Shown one piece after another: positions 1 to 13,181 of a DNA stretch of 64,000 nucleotides (its first letter is position 1; the number at the start of each line of letters is the position of its first letter). Source of the stretch: Squalus acanthias (taxonomy: Eukaryota); NCBI GenBank assembly GCA_030390025.1, contig CM059432.1, positions 71,736,001-71,800,000 on the forward strand. Reading direction: 5' to 3'. The position numbers were made by a program, and so were the translations under genes. The notes beneath the pieces are model-generated. The model had not been told where the DNA came from, ran no database searches, and saw nothing but the letters and a program-made list of their open reading frames with translations.

Positions 1-931
1 ACATAAGGTCAGAAATGGGGATGTTCGCTGATGATTGCACAGTGTTCAGCGCCATTCACAACCCCTCAGATAATGAAGTAGTCCATGCCCGCATGCAACA
101 AGGCCTGGACGACGTTAAGGCTTGGGCTGATAAGTGGCAGGTAACATTCGCGCCACAGAAATGCCAGGCAATAACTATCTCCAACAAGCGAAATTCTAAC
201 CACTTCCCCTTGACATTCAACGGCATTACCATCGCCGAATCCCCCACCATCAACATCCTGGGGGGGGGTCACCATTGACCAGAAACTTAACTGGACCAGC
301 CACATAAATACTGTGGCAACAAGCAGGTCAGAGGCTAGGTATTCTGCGGCAAGTGTCTCACCTCCTTACTCCCCGAAGCCTTTCCACCATCTACAAGGCA
401 CAAGTAAGGAGTATGATGGAATACTCTTCACTTGCCTGGATGAGTGCAGCTCCAACAACACTCAAGAAGCTCGACACCATCCAGGACAAAGCAGCCCGCT
501 TGATTGGCACCCCATCCACCACCTTAAACATTCACTCCCTCCACCACCGGCGTACCGTGGCTGCAGTGTGTACCATCTACAAGATGCACTGCAGCAACTT
601 GCCAAGGCTTCTTCGGCAGCACCTCCCAAACCCGCGACCTCTTCCACCTAGAAGGACAAGGGCAGCAGGCGCATGGGAACACCACCACCTGCAAGTTCCC
701 CTCCAAGTCACACACCATCCTGACTTAGAAGTATATCGCCGATCCTTCATCGTCGATGGGTCAAAATCCTTGAACTCCCTACCTAACAGCACTGTGGGAG
801 TACCTTCACCACACGGACGGCAGCGGTTCAAGAAGGCAGTTCACCACCACCTTCTCAAGGGCAACTAGGGATGGGCAATAAATGCTGGCCTTGCCAGCGA
901 CACCCAGATCCCATAAGTGAATAAAAAAAAA
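1..931 (+). mobile_element. CR1-type LINE 3' fragment (family X; RT C-terminus and A-rich tail)
   Basis: ORFs 15-278 (FADD, WADKWQVTF) and 353-868 (IYKAQVRSMMEYS) with frameshifts; 3' end GGGATGGGCAATAAATGCTGGCC...AATAAAAAAA shared with other copies in the window. Confidence 0.85.
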
Positions 932-1440
932 CACCCAACTCTCTCTGAACATCTGAAAGTTTCTCACCATTTAAAAAATATTCTGTTTTTCTATTCTTTC
1001 TACCAAAGTGAATAACCTCACATTTCCCTACATTATACTCCATCTGCCACCTTACTGCCCACTCACTTAGTCTATCTATATCCCTTTGCAGATTGTGTGT
1101 GTTCTCCTCACATCTTACTGTCCCACCTAGCTTTGTATCATCAGCAAACTTGGATACATTACACTCGGTCCCTTCATCTGGGTCATTAATATGGATTGTA
1201 AATAGCTGAGGCCCCAACACTGATCCTTGCGGCACCCCACTAGTTACAGCCTGCCAACCTGAAAAAGATCCGTTTATCCCTACTCTGTTTTCTGTCCATT
1301 AACCAATCCTCGATCCATGCTACTATATTACCCCCAACCCCATGAGCTCTAATCTTGTGTAATAACCTTTTATGTGGCACCTTATCGAATGCCTTTTGGA
1401 AATCCAAATATACTACATCCACTGGTTCCCCTTTATCTAG
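932..1440 (-). mobile_element. CR1 LINE internal fragment (family Y)
   Basis: [19 protein letters not shown] and FADD motifs in ORFs 1240-1422 and 855-1235. Confidence 0.85.
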
Positions 1441-1476
1441 GTAAACAAAGTTCCGCTATGGCTGAATGGGTAAATT

Positions 1477-2712
1477 ATTATTTTTTTGATATTCGTTCCT
1501 AGGATGTGTGCATCACTGACAAGGCCAGCATTTACTGCCCATCCCTAATTGCCCTCGAGAAGGTGGTGGTGAGCCGCCTTCTTGAACCGCTGCAGTCCGT
1601 GTGGTGAAGGTACACCCACAGTGCTATTAGGTAGGGAGTTCCAGGATTTTGACCCAGCGACGATGAAGGATCGGCGATATACTTCCAAGTCAGCATGGTG
1701 TGTAACTTGGAGGTGATGGTGTTCCCATGCACCTGCTGCCCTTGTCCTTCTAGGTGGCAGAGGCCGTGGGTTTAGGAGGTGCTGTCGAAGAAGCCATGGC
1801 GAGTTGCTGCAGTGCGTCTTGTAGATGGTACACACTGCAGCCACAGTGTGCCAGTGGCGGAGGGAGTGAATGATTTTTTAAGGTGGTGGATGGGGTGTCA
1901 ATCAAGCGGGCTGCTTTGTCCTGGATGGTGTCGAGCTTCTTGAGCGTTGTTGGAGCTGAACTCATCCAGGCAAGTGGAGAGTATTCCAACACACTCCTGA
2001 CTTGCGCATTTTAGATGGTGGAAAGGCTTTGGGGAGTCAGGAGGTGAGACACTCGCCGCAGAATACCCCAGCCTCTAACCTGCTCTTGTTGCCACAGTAT
2101 TTATGTAACTGGTCCAGTTAAGTTTCTGGTCAATGGTGATACCCCAGGATGTTGATGGTGGGGGATTCGGCGATGGTAATGCCGTTGAATTTCAAAGGAG
2201 GGTGGTTAGACTCTCGCTTGTTGGAGATAGTCATTGCCTGTCTCTTGTGTGGCGTGAATGTTACCTGCCACTTATCAGCCCAAGTCTGAATGTCATCCAG
2301 GTCTTGCTGCACGCGGGCATGGAGTGCTTCATTATCTGAGGAGTTGCGAATGGAACTGAACACTGTGAATCATCAGCGAAGAACCCCACTTCTGACCTTA
2401 TGGTGGAGGGAAGGTCATTGATGAAGCAGCTGATGATGGTTGGACCTAGGACACTGCCCCGAGGAAGTCCTGCAGCGATGTCATGGGGCTGAGATGATTG
2501 ACCTCCAACAACCACATCCATCTTCCTTTGTGCTAGGTCTGAATCCAGCCTTTGGAGAGTGTTACCCCCCGCCCCCTCCGATTCCCACTGACTTCAATTT
2601 TACTAGGGCTCCTTGATGCCACACTCGGTCAAATGCTGCCATGATGTCAAGGGCAGTCATTTTCACCTCACCTCTGGAATTCAGCTCTTTTGTATATGTT
2701 TGAACCAAGGCT
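1477..2712 (-). mobile_element. CR1-type LINE 3' fragment (family X)
   Basis: Homologous to 1-931 in reverse orientation; frameshifted RT ORFs 1545-2521. Confidence 0.85.
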
Positions 2713-2714
2713 GT

Positions 2715-2915
2715 ACTGAGCCGATGCTGAGCTACACAGGATGATCGCGATTTAATCTCTCGTCTGTGCTGAGTGAGCTTATCTCACTCAGTGTAGTAAT
2801 GAAGAGCACTACAATTAGTCTCAGTACTTCTGGGCTAGGTTGGGGTGGGCTAGAGAAATCAGCCAGACTTGCCTCTCCTGATCACTATCCAGTGATCCCT
2901 GCTGGAAGTATGCAA
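2715..2915 (+). mobile_element. Ancient SINE remnant, AmnSINE2-like
   Basis: GTCTGTGCTGAGTGAGCTTATCTC...CACTACAATTAGTCTCAG...CTCCTGATCACTATCCAGTGATCCCTGCTGGAAG resembles the AmnSINE2 core as I recall it; not database-checked. Confidence 0.5.
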
Positions 2916-3179
2916 TCTTGAACTAGGAGATGCTCCTGGAGTGAGGGGCCAAAAGAATTTGGGCTTTAGCCTCAGCAGGAGTTTAGCATTAAGGTGTAGT
3001 TGGACATGATTCTTTTTCTATAATTGACTGAAATGGAACTGAATATCAGACGCTGCGTATAACAGGCGGCCGATCCAATACTGCCCGTTTTGCACAACCT
3101 CCCAAGACAAATTTCTACCCCACAGTATTGGGCTGGTGTGAGACAGACAGTGACAGAAACTCACAGGGTTGTGGCCCTG

Positions 3180-4190
3180 AGCAACATAATAGCACAGTGG
3201 AAACTAACCAGGGGGTGAGAAGCAAGTAGACTACCAGAATAGGAGAGTAGTAATAGTGATAGATTCTGTAGTCAAGGGAATAAAATTATTTTTTTGCAGT
3301 CATGACTCAAAAAACATGCTGCCTCCTTGGTGCCAAGGTGAAGGACATCATGGAATGGGTGAAAATGTTCTGGAAAGGGCATGAGAGCAGCCAAAAATGG
3401 TGGTGCACATTGGAACCAATGACATACATAGAAATATATTTGAGGTCTTGCAGAGGGAGTTTATGGAGTTAGGCACTAGATTGTTAAAAACAAGATCTCA
3501 AGGATGGTAATCTCTACATTGCTTCGTGTCCCACATAGTGGCTGGGTTAAGCAGTTTAAGAAGGTCAATGTGTAGTTCAGAGCTGTTGCAGGAGTGAAGG
3601 GTTCACATTCTTGGGGCATTGGAATGAGTTCCAGTACAACCAGAAACAACATGACACCAATGTCTTTATGGAGAGAGTAAATAGAGCAGTGGGGAAGCAT
3701 TGGAACTAATACAGCAGAGGGTTAGCAAGGGCAAGCAGGATTAATAAAGCTATTGGAATAGAAGTAGAAGGCTTAGCTGAAGTAGTGAGAAAATACTATG
3801 AGATATGACAGGGAAAGAAAGAGGCTATGAAATAGCGAGAGATAATAACACTGCTGTAGAATAGGCAAGAGATATCAAAAATATAAATGAGAAAACCAGG
3901 ACAAAGAATGGGTTAATGTTTCAAAAGTTTGCAGTCAGTATTGAGTGGTATGCCCAAAGTATCAAAACAAAATTGGAAAGTTAGAATTACTGATAATTAT
4001 AGAGAGATGTGATAAAGTAGTTATAACGAAGATGTGGATTAAGTTTGGACAGGATTGGGATTTTAATATTCCTGGTTATAACACTTCCAGGAAACATAGC
4101 AAGGGGGAAAGAGGAGGTTTGGGGGGTGGGGCGGTGGCAGTATTAGTAAATATTCTATCACAACACCAGAACATAAGGATGTCCTAAAGG
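3180..4190 (+). mobile_element. Highly decayed CR1 ORF1 (esterase) and ORF2 start
   Basis: Nucleotide similarity to 39225-40100 (VVHIGTND-like; GQDWDFNIPGY in ORF 3945-4187). Confidence 0.65.
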
Positions 4191-4207
4191 GTTGTGTTAG
4201 TTGTAGA

Positions 4208-4445
4208 GGAGGTACGGTAGTGCAGTGGTTATGTTACTGGACTAGTAATCCAGAGATTCCACCATGGCAGTTTGAGAATTTGAATTCAGTTTTAAAAATC
4301 TGGAAATAAACAGCTAGTATCGGTAAAAGTTATCATAAAGCTGTTCGATTTCTGTAAAAACCCAACTAACGCCCTTTAGGCAAGAAAACCTTCCTTCCTT
4401 ACCTGGTCATATGTGACTCCAGTCCCACACCAATGTGGTTGACTG
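4208..4445 (+). mobile_element. tRNA-derived SINE, degraded
   Basis: A-box-like head GGTAGTGCAGTGGTTATGTTACTGGACTAGTAATCCAGAG followed by a SINE-like body; family not assigned. Confidence 0.55.
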
Positions 4446-4451
4446 AAGTTT

Positions 4452-4668
4452 TTTTTATTCGTTTATGGGATGTGGCCGTCGCTGGCAAGGCCGGCATTTA
4501 TTGCCCATCCCTAATTGCCCTTGATTAGGTGGTGGTGAGCCACCTTCTTGATCTGCTGCACTCCGTGTGGTGAAGGTACTCCCAGTGCTGTTAGGTAGGG
4601 AGTTCCAGGAATTTGACCCAGCGACGATGAAGGATCGACAATATACTTCTAAGTCAGGATGGTGTGTG
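4452..4668 (-). mobile_element. CR1-type family X 3' terminus
   Basis: Same tail sequence as 1477-1700. Confidence 0.8.
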
Positions 4669-4850
4669 ACAGAGGGTTGCTGAAGCATGTAATGTTTTAC
4701 CACAGGGAATGGTTGAGGCAGAAACCACTGCATATATTTAAAGAGAAATTAGATAAATATTTCAGCAGAGAAAAATACAGGGCAATGGGGAGAAAGCCTG
4801 GCAATACGATTAGTATTGGAAGGCTCTAGGAAAGAGCCAGCAGACACAAT

Positions 4851-5100
4851 GGGCTGAATCTTAACCCCCAAAAATGGGTGGGTTTGGATCAGGTGAGATG
4901 TTAAAACTTTAAAAATCTCAAGCCCGACCCCAACCCGCCTACTTCCAGGTATAACGGAGGCAGGACTAGCGTCAACAGCCAACCCACTCCCAGGAGACGG
5001 GTTGGCAATTTAAATATTTTAATGAGGCTGGCAGCCTCAGAGTTAACCTGCTTTGCAGGTTTAACCCAAGCCGGCTGGGTTTCCCAGGCCTCAGAACCAA
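4851..5100. mobile_element. Partial Harbinger-like MITE (one end)
   Basis: Begins GGGCTGAATCTTAACCCCCAAAAATGGG; a related copy starts near 35788. Confidence 0.45.
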
Positions 5101-5182
5101 CAGAAAAAAATTACACCCCAACCCCCCACAACTCCAATCCCCACCCCCTCCCCCTGAACTCCAACCCCCACCCCCCAACCCT

Positions 5183-7180
5183 ATCAATATCTCTGTAATT
5201 TTATGCTTTCATCTACACTGCCTGCAATGCCACCTATCTTTGTGTCATCAGCAAATTTGGAAACGTGGCTTTCTATGCCATCATCAAAGTCGTTAATAAA
5301 TACTGTGAATAGTTGAGGCCCCAACACTGATCCCTGCGAGATACCACTAGTCACATCCTGCCAATTTGAGTATCTGTCCATTATCCCTACTCTCTGTCTC
5401 TTGCCGCTCAGCCAATTTCCTAACCAGGTCAATAATTTGCCTTCGATTCCATGGGCTTCAACCTTAGTTAACAGTCTCTTAAGGGGGAATTTTTCAAATG
5501 CCTTCGGGAAGTCCGTATAAATAACATCCATAGACATTCCCCTGTCCACTACTTTAGTCACCTCTTCAAAAAATTCAATCAGGTTCGTCAGGCATGACCT
5601 AACTTTTACAAATCCATGCTGGCAGTTGAACATTTTCAAGGTGTTCAGTCACCCTGTCCTTAATTATAGACTCTAGTAATTTTCTGACAACAGATGTTAG
5701 GCTACCTAGTCTATAATTCCCTGGTTTCCCTCTCTCACCATTCTTAAATAGTGGAATGACGTACGCAATTTTCCAATCTAAAGGAACAGTTCCTGACTCG
5801 AGGGAACTTTGAAAGATTATAGTTGGGGCATGTGCAATGTGCTCACCTACATCCTTTAAAACCCTGGGATGGAAACCATCTGGTCCTGGGAATTTTAGTG
5901 CCATTATTTTCTTTATTACTGTTATTTTGCTTACGATAATTTTGTTGAACCCCTGTCCCCGATTCAATATTAGTTTCCTTTGAATTTCCGGCATGCTATC
6001 CACTTCCTCTACTGTAAATACTGACGCAAAGTAATTATCCAACATGTCCACCATTTCCTTATCATTGACACTATCACCGTTATCAGTTTTCAAAAGGCCA
6101 ACATTGCTCCTGACCACCCTCTTTTTCCTAATATAATTGAAAAAAAATTTGTATTGATTTTGATATCCTTTGCAAGTTTCTCTTCATACTCCCTTTTTGT
6201 AGCTCTTACAATCTGTTTTGTCACCCTTTGCTGTTTGCATCTTTCCCATTCGCCAGGATCTGTGCTAATTTTTGCATTTTTTGTATGCTTTTTATTTTAG
6301 TTTTATGTTGTCTCTTACCTCTTCAGTTGTCCATGGTTGTTTTTTTGGCAAGTAGAACTCTTGCCCCTTAGGGGTATAAACTGGTTCTGTATCACGTTAA
6401 ATTGTTTTTTGAACACCTCCTGATCTTCTGTCCTTTTACCGATTAACAGATTTGCCCAGTTTACTGTGGACAGTGTCCGTCTCATCGCACTGAAGTCAGC
6501 CTCACCTAAATCTAGAATCTTAGTAGCTGTTTTGCGTTTCTCCCTTTCAAACTATATGTTGAACTCGATCATGTTATGATCGCTATTAGATAAATGTTCA
6601 CGCACCGTTAAGCTGGTAACTAAATCTGGCTAATTACTCATTACTGAATCTAATATGGCATGCCCCCTTGTTGGTTCTAGGACATATTGTTGCAGAAAAC
6701 TATCCCGTACACACTCAAGAAATTCACTACCTTTCTGACATGTGCTAGTCTGCTTCTCCCAACCTATATGAAAGTTAACATTTCCCATTAAATCCACTCT
6801 GCCTTTGCTACATGCTTGTCTAATCTCTATATTTATACAATCTAGCACTTCACAGATGCTACCAGGAGGCCTATACACAACTCCCACTACAGCCTTAAAT
6901 CCTTTCCTATTTTTTAATTCTACCCATAAAGTCTCCACTGCCTGCTTACCTCTCGTTATATCCTCTCTCATCATTGAATTGATTTCATCCTTAATCACTA
7001 AGGCTACTCTTCCCCCTTTACCATTTCTCTATCTTTCCTGTAGACCTTATAACCTGGTATATTTAGTTCCCAGTCCTGACCGTCTTGCAGCCATGTCTCA
7101 GTAATGGCTATCATGTCATACATTGCAAGTTGAATTTGCACCTGCAGTTCATTCAATTTATTCCTTGTACTCCGTGCATT
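5183..7180 (-). mobile_element. CR1 LINE ORF2 (APE plus RT N-half), disrupted
   Basis: NARS/ITETW, VYRPP, PGPDGFHPRVLK, QHGFVK and FADD motifs in ORFs 5184-7414. Confidence 0.9.
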
Positions 7181-7184
7181 GTTA

Positions 7185-7415
7185 ACGGTTTCAGTGGCAG
7201 AGGGACTCAGATGAGCAATATTGTAGAGTTGGAAAAATGCACTGGAGAGAATATGGGAATTGAAGCTCCACTCTGGGTCAATCAAGATGCCAAAGTTGTA
7301 CACACATGTTGAGTGAGAGACCAGGGAGGCGAATGGAGTCAGTGGTGCACCAAAAACCATGGCTTTGGTCTTCTCAATGTTAGAACAGCTCACACACCAT
7401 TCCGATTTGGACATA
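7185..7415 (-). mobile_element. L2-like LINE fragment
   Basis: NIEKTKAMVFG...NFGILID...FNSHI...AFFQLYNIAHL resembles the L2 RT C-terminal region. Confidence 0.55.
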
Positions 7416-8539
7416 TATCATTCTTTCATCACTGCTGGGTCAAAATATTTGGAATTAAGAAAGCAATTGGAAGTAAATAGTAAGCAAACATGATCAAATG
7501 TGGTGGGGCAGAGAGAGAAAACAAGACGAATGAAGAGCAGGGTTCAAAGTGCTCATAACTAGAGTTAAGGTTTAAAAATGTATTTCTTTGTGGCCATAAG
7601 ACAATACTGATAGGGAAGGAAAATGTGAAACTTTTCGAAGTCTGCCAACAATCAGCAGATTAAGAGAAAAAAAGATGTTTTATCCAGGAATGATTGTGAA
7701 ATTTGGCAAGGAGATCCTTTAATATGGAGAAGACTCCACATGAGTGAATGGAGGTGAAACAGTGAAATGTAAGTGATCATTGATGATCGTCTGTTAACTT
7801 TAAACTTGAAAATAATTTCTAAAATGAAAACATTTCCCCATTGCAAAAGTTTCAAGTTGGACAGTTAGTAATTTTCCAAAACATCAATTGTGCTGCAGTT
7901 TAGGAAAAGTGCACAAGATGACTCATCATATATCAACTATATATCAACTCAGCATACCTTTCAGCTTTGAGTTCTGACATAGAAGGTATCCAGCAGATTT
8001 ACAATGAATGAGTGAAAACAAAAAGATTTGTTTTACCATTAAGATAACTAGTAACCATTTTTCCCAAATAACACCTTACCTTAAAAGTATTTTCCTGTAA
8101 CTTTTAACCTTCCTGCGATGGAAGGGAAGAGGAGGAAGGGCAGGACAGTAGGATGGAGTGAACCTGCCGGAAGGGGCTCACACATTCTGTGCTTTTCCAG
8201 CTCTAGCCCATATAGATCGAACAGGTTTTTAGCCTATGCTTGTAGTGGAAGGCAATTTGGATTGCACCATAGTTGGAGCATTCATCTTGCTGCAAGTTGC
8301 ACCAAACTTAAAATTATACACGTCTTCCAAATGTTTTTGCCTTCATGCAAATGCTATTTTTCACATTCCGAAGGTAGCTCTGGGGGCAGATTAATCTTAG
8401 AACTATTGTTTCACATAACATAGAATATTCATTTCAAATATAAATTAATGAGTCAATTTATGTTTGGTAACTACAGTACCTTGCAATCAGCACTAAGGGC
8501 ACAGGACACTTTTGTCAACATACAGTAGACACAAGTAGA

Positions 8540-9070
8540 ATCATAGAATCGCTACAGCACAGCAGGAGGCCATTCGGCCCTTCAAGCCCATGCAGGTTCT
8601 CTGCAACAGCACTTCAAGTAGTCCCACTCCCCCGCCCTTTCCCCGTAGCCTTGCAATTTTTTTCCCCCTTCAGGTACTTATCCAATTCCCTTTTGAAAGC
8701 CACGATTGACTCTGCCTTCATTACCCTTTCAGGCAGTGCATTCCAGATCATAACCACACACTGCGTAAAAATGTTTTTCCTCACGTTGCCTTTGGATCTT
8801 CTACCAATCACCTTAAATCTGTGTCCTCTGGTTCGCGACATTTCCGCCAATGGGAACAGTTTATCTCTATCTACAATGTCTAGACCCCTCATGATTTTGA
8901 ATGCCTCTATCAAATTTCCTCTAAATCTTCTCTGCTCTAAAGAGAACAACCCCAGCTTCTCCAGTCTATCCACGTAACTTAAGTCCCTCATCCCTGGAAC
9001 TATTCTTGTAAATCTTTTCTGCACCCTCTCTAAAGCCTTCACATCCTTCCTAAAGTGCGGTGCCCAGAAT
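8540..9070 (-). mobile_element. CR1 family Y 3' end
   Basis: ORF 8614-9042 (LERVQKRFTR, RTRGH); ATTCTATG-type tail. Confidence 0.85.
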
Positions 9071-9723
9071 TACATATAAACATAAGAAATAGGAGCTGGA
9101 GTCGGCCATTTGGCCCTTTGAGCCTGCTCCGCCATTCTATCAGATAATGGCTGATCTTCTACCTCATCTCCACTTTCCTGAACTATCCCCATATCCCTTG
9201 ATTCTTTTCATATTCAAAATTCTATCGATCTCTGTCTTGAATATACTCAACTACTGAGCTTCCACAGCCCTCTGGGGTAGAGAATTCCAAAGACTCACCA
9301 CTCTGAGTGAAGAAATTTTTCCTCATCTCAGTCCTAAATGGCCGACCCCTTATTCTGAGACTGTGACCCCTGGTTCTAGACTCCCCAGCCAGGGGAAACA
9401 TCCTCCCTGCATCTACCCTGTCAAGCCCTGTAAGAATTTTGTATGTTCCAATGAGATCACCTCTCATTCTTCTAAACTCTAGAGAATATAGGCCTAGTCT
9501 ACTCAATCTGTCCTCATAGGACAATCCCCCCATCCCAGGAATCAGTCTGGTGAACCTTCATTGCACTCCCTCTATGGCAAGTATATCCTTCCTTAGGTAA
9601 GGAGACCAAAACTGTACACGATACTCCAGGTGTGGTCTCACCAGGGCCCTGTATAATTGCAGTAAGACTTCTTTACTCTTATACTCAAATACCATTTGCT
9701 TTCCTAATTGCTTGCTGTACCTG

Positions 9724-12103
9724 TGTAATGGAATAAGCCATATTCCAAGAAATACATCATCCTATGAAAAGATTTTGATATTATTAATACAAGACATACT
9801 GGGGGAAAAATTCAGTTGGTTGCGCCTCCCGTTAGCGCCTTAAGAGGGCGCTAATGGGGCGCAAAGCATCTAGCGCCCAGGCGCGGCGAAGTTTGCGCCG
9901 CTCGCGAAATTAACTAGACATTTTGCGGCGGCGCTAAACACTACCGCCTTGATCTCCTGCACTGGCAGTTCATGACGTCACTCGAGTGCGCAACGCCCCG
10001 GTATCGCCCCGGAGCGGATATTGAGTGGCGCCCCCTGCCTTACCGCCTGACGCTGGCAACGACAGGTTGAGGGGAGCGCTCTGCAGTCATGAAGGGAAAG
10101 GGGGAGCGCTATTTAAAGGTGACCGCGTCCTGCCTTTTATTGTTGGTGCCATTTTTGAACTACGCATTCTGAGAGAGAGAGAGGGAGAGACTTCTGGAGA
10201 GATTCAACGTTGTGTGAAGGAGTTTTGGGTACTGAGCAGCACTTTGCAGGTTTATTTTGATTTGCCATTCCTTGCATCGATTTAGCAGAGATTGTGGGGG
10301 CTGCACTCTGAGCTCTTTGCCTGGTACTCTCCATTGTTCTTTCCAGCACATTTGATGTGCAGGTCTCTCCAGGCCGAGATTCAAGGCTGCAATGAGCAGG
10401 ATGTGGATGGAAAGCAAGATTAACCATCCCCTTTAAGAACTGGCCCGTGCCATTGTGTGCGTGTTCCATTGCTGACTGACATTACATGAGCTTCGCCAGC
10501 GCTCTGAGGTAGCGCCTCGCTCCTCGGCCTTTGCGCCTTAAGACAGGTGTGAAGCGCCTGATATAGCGCTGCAATCACCTCCAGGGGCGATAAAAGTCAA
10601 GTTTGCAGTCGGTGGCTATAATTAGCGCCAGGCGCTAATCTTTGCGCCCGGCCGATAATTGCGCCCCAAATGGGGCAATACTGAATTTCTCCCCCACTGA
10701 GTTTAAAAGTCTGGAAAGCCTCGGCGACACAGGCTGCAAACACAATACAGGCTTCTGAGATAAGGTGAAGTGTTAACAAAAGCTGTAAAACACTACAAGC
10801 TTTGAAATGGGAGATGGTTGTAAACACAAAAACAATGCCCCTATTGAAGCAAACCATTGGCGCTTCCAGAAGGTCTGGAGTTTGGGAGAAACACAATGGA
10901 ATGACCCAAGTAAAGTGTCAAAATCTAACACGTCAAACAGGTGCACAGAACATTAAAAAAAACAAGTGCCTTTGAAAAAATGACATCAAGTAAAAGAAAT
11001 ACCTGCCGTAAAATAGTTTTATGTTAAACTTAGAAACAGGAAACACGATTAAATATGCAACCAATTGAGATAGCAAGAAAACAAGTAAACACTCTAAGAG
11101 AAGTGTTTTTGATTTACATATTGTAAAAGATACCTACAGAGAGGCTTTGATGATGTAATATCAATAGATGACACCAAGCAATTACATTGTGTTTGTATTG
11201 AACTTGGAACACCACGGAGTCACGACGTCTGGCTTACAAGCAGTTAAGTGATATTAAGAATTCAATAGAAAGACTTCCTAAGAATAGCATCATAAGATAA
11301 ATCTGTAATAACCATTTTATGATAGTTTTTGAAACACCTAAAAGGTAGAGACAGAATTCTAAAAGTTGGCAGCTGAAATGACAGTAAGAATAGAAAAGAA
11401 TTCAATAAAGAATCACTAGAGATAATTAGCTTACATCAGCAGGAAACCTCAAAGAAAATACCACTAAAAAAAGGTATAAAAATAGAGCTTTTCAGATAGC
11501 GAGTCAGAAGTCGCTGGAAGGGCAAGCGTTTCTCAACTTCACAGGCACGCTCTGTAAGTTTTCAACTCTGAGTCTCGGGTAATCAAGGTATTTGATTTTG
11601 GTGGATATTCTGGATTAAGAAATAAGTAGAAGTGTGGAAATGTAACGAAGTTAAGATTTGAGAATAAGGATCTCTGATAAGAAATGTAAGCTATTTGTAT
11701 TTTGAACGGTTAAAGTTGCGATTGCCATACCAGCTGTTAACTAAATGTTGGTTCTTTAATAAATCTACATATTTTTATAATTGTCTGAGTATTTCTGTAT
11801 CAATCTCGCAAACTCAATTTCTGTAAACTCTTCAGTGAGGAGTTGTAGAATTCTGGGGGGTTTTCCAGACCCTCATAATATCTGGAAGGTTACAGTCTAG
11901 TTAAACTTATTAAAAGTGCTATCCGGAGGACGGTAACATCTTCAGGCCGTTCCATTCCTTTATGGAGAGATAGTCTGACCTTTAGACCCAATTAAGCATC
12001 TCTAGGATTCGGCTACCACTAACTTTAGTTGAAGGTGAACATCTGGGGAATACGCCTGATCTGGGGTAGTCCGAAAGGGCTAGGACTTGTAATTATCCCT
12101 TCA
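9724..12103 (+). mobile_element. Solo LTR (about 1.5 kb net) with a nested MITE
   Basis: TG...CA termini (TGTAATGGAATAA...TTATCCCTTCA), 4-bp TSD CCTG at 9720-9723 and 12104-12107, TATAAAA near 11475, AATAAA near 11758, no coding capacity. Confidence 0.75.
9801..10695 (+). mobile_element. PIF/Harbinger MITE family 1a
   Basis: TIR GGGGGA(A/G)AAATTCAGT; 3-bp TSD ACT; close copies at 23663 and 62727; left end homologous to the transposase-bearing element end at 59981. Confidence 0.85.
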
Positions 12104-12484
12104 CCTGCATGTTAACTTTCAGTCATTCGTGTACAAGGACACCCAGGTCCCGCTGAACACCAACATTTCCCAATCTCTCACCATTTAAAAAATATTCTGC
12201 TTTTCTATTTTTCCTACCAAAGTGGATAACTTCACATTTCTCCACATTATATTCCATTTACCATGCTCTTGCCCACTCACTTAGCCTGTCTATATCCCCT
12301 TGAAGCCTCCTTGCATCCTCCTCACAACTTACATTCCCACCCAGCTTTGTATCATCAGCAAACTTGGATATATTACATTTGGTCCCCTCATCCAAATCAT
12401 GGACACAATACCACAATACTCTAGTTGTGGCCGAACCAGTGTTTTATAAAGGTTCATCATAACTTCCTTGCTTTTGTACTCGAT

Positions 12485-12971
12485 GGGCTGGATTTTGTCT
12501 TGGGGTCGGGTTGAGAGAGCGAGAGAGAGAGAGAGAGAGAAAGATAATTTTTTTTTCCATCCAGGTCCTCCAAAGGCCCCGGCAGTCTCTGAAGACATTC
12601 AGTGCAGCAGCATCAGAGGCGACTTTCAGACCTAATACTACTACTACCTTCATCACATCTCCGCTGTAATAGTGGACCTGCAGCTGATAGTTAGCTATCC
12701 ACTTGTGCTCCCACCAGGTTTCACTGGCGTGTTTCACATCAGGCGTGCTTCACGTCAGAAAAGGGTTAAACTAGCTAAAACGTTTCAAAATGGCATTACA
12801 GAGCCAATTTAGGGCTTGTTAAGGGCTTTAATGGCCTCTCGCGCCTCTTGGAGGCGGGAACACCGCACACGATTTTATCAAAATTGCATGGAGGCGGGAC
12901 CCCCGAATCTGCAACTTTAACCCCCCACACGCCTCCAAACCCGACTCCACGGGTCATTGAAAATCCAGCCC
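12485..12971 (+). mobile_element. Harbinger-like MITE family 2, internally deleted
   Basis: TIR GGGCTGGATTTT/AAAATCCAGCCC; homologous to 61586-62282 but lacks about 200 bp. Confidence 0.8.
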
Positions 12972-13015
12972 CATGTCTCTATTTATAAAGGTCATGATGC
13001 CTCTATTTATAAAGG

Positions 13016-13053
13016 TCACCTGAGGAAGGAGCGATAGTTCCGAAAGCTTGTGA
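13016..13053 (+). ncRNA. Minimal type I hammerhead ribozyme
   Basis: TCAC-CTGAGGA-A-GGAGC(GATA)GTTCC-GAAA-GC-TT-GTGA: intact CUGANGA/GAAA core, stems I and II pair, palindromic AAGCTT in place of stem III. Confidence 0.8.
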
Positions 13054-13143
13054 TTTCAAATAAAACTGTTGGACTATAACCTGGTGTTGTGCGACCTCTC
13101 AATTTTGTCCACCCCAGTCCAACACCGGCATCTCCGCATCACT

Positions 13144-13181
13144 TCACCTGAGGAAGGAGCGATAGTTCCGAAAGCTTGTGA
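13144..13181 (+). ncRNA. Minimal type I hammerhead ribozyme (second tandem copy)
   Basis: Identical to 13016-13053. Confidence 0.8.

Larger units (their letters stand above)
9073..12400 (-). mobile_element. CR1 family Y 3' part, split by the LTR insertion (segments 9073-9723 and 12104-12400)
   Basis: ORF 9222-9533; TGCTTGCTGTACCTG|CATGTTAAC is contiguous in the homologous copy near 56330-56355. Confidence 0.85.

Noticed and set aside
8070..8200. Minus-strand donor-like AAG|GTAAGG with upstream sequence
   Set aside because: Translations show no BPNT2 similarity and no convincing acceptor
10025..10469. Recurrent ORFs inside MITE family 1 copies (also 23848-24432, 36751-37342, 62954-63351)
   Set aside because: Frames differ between copies with (GA)n length, and there are no domain motifs
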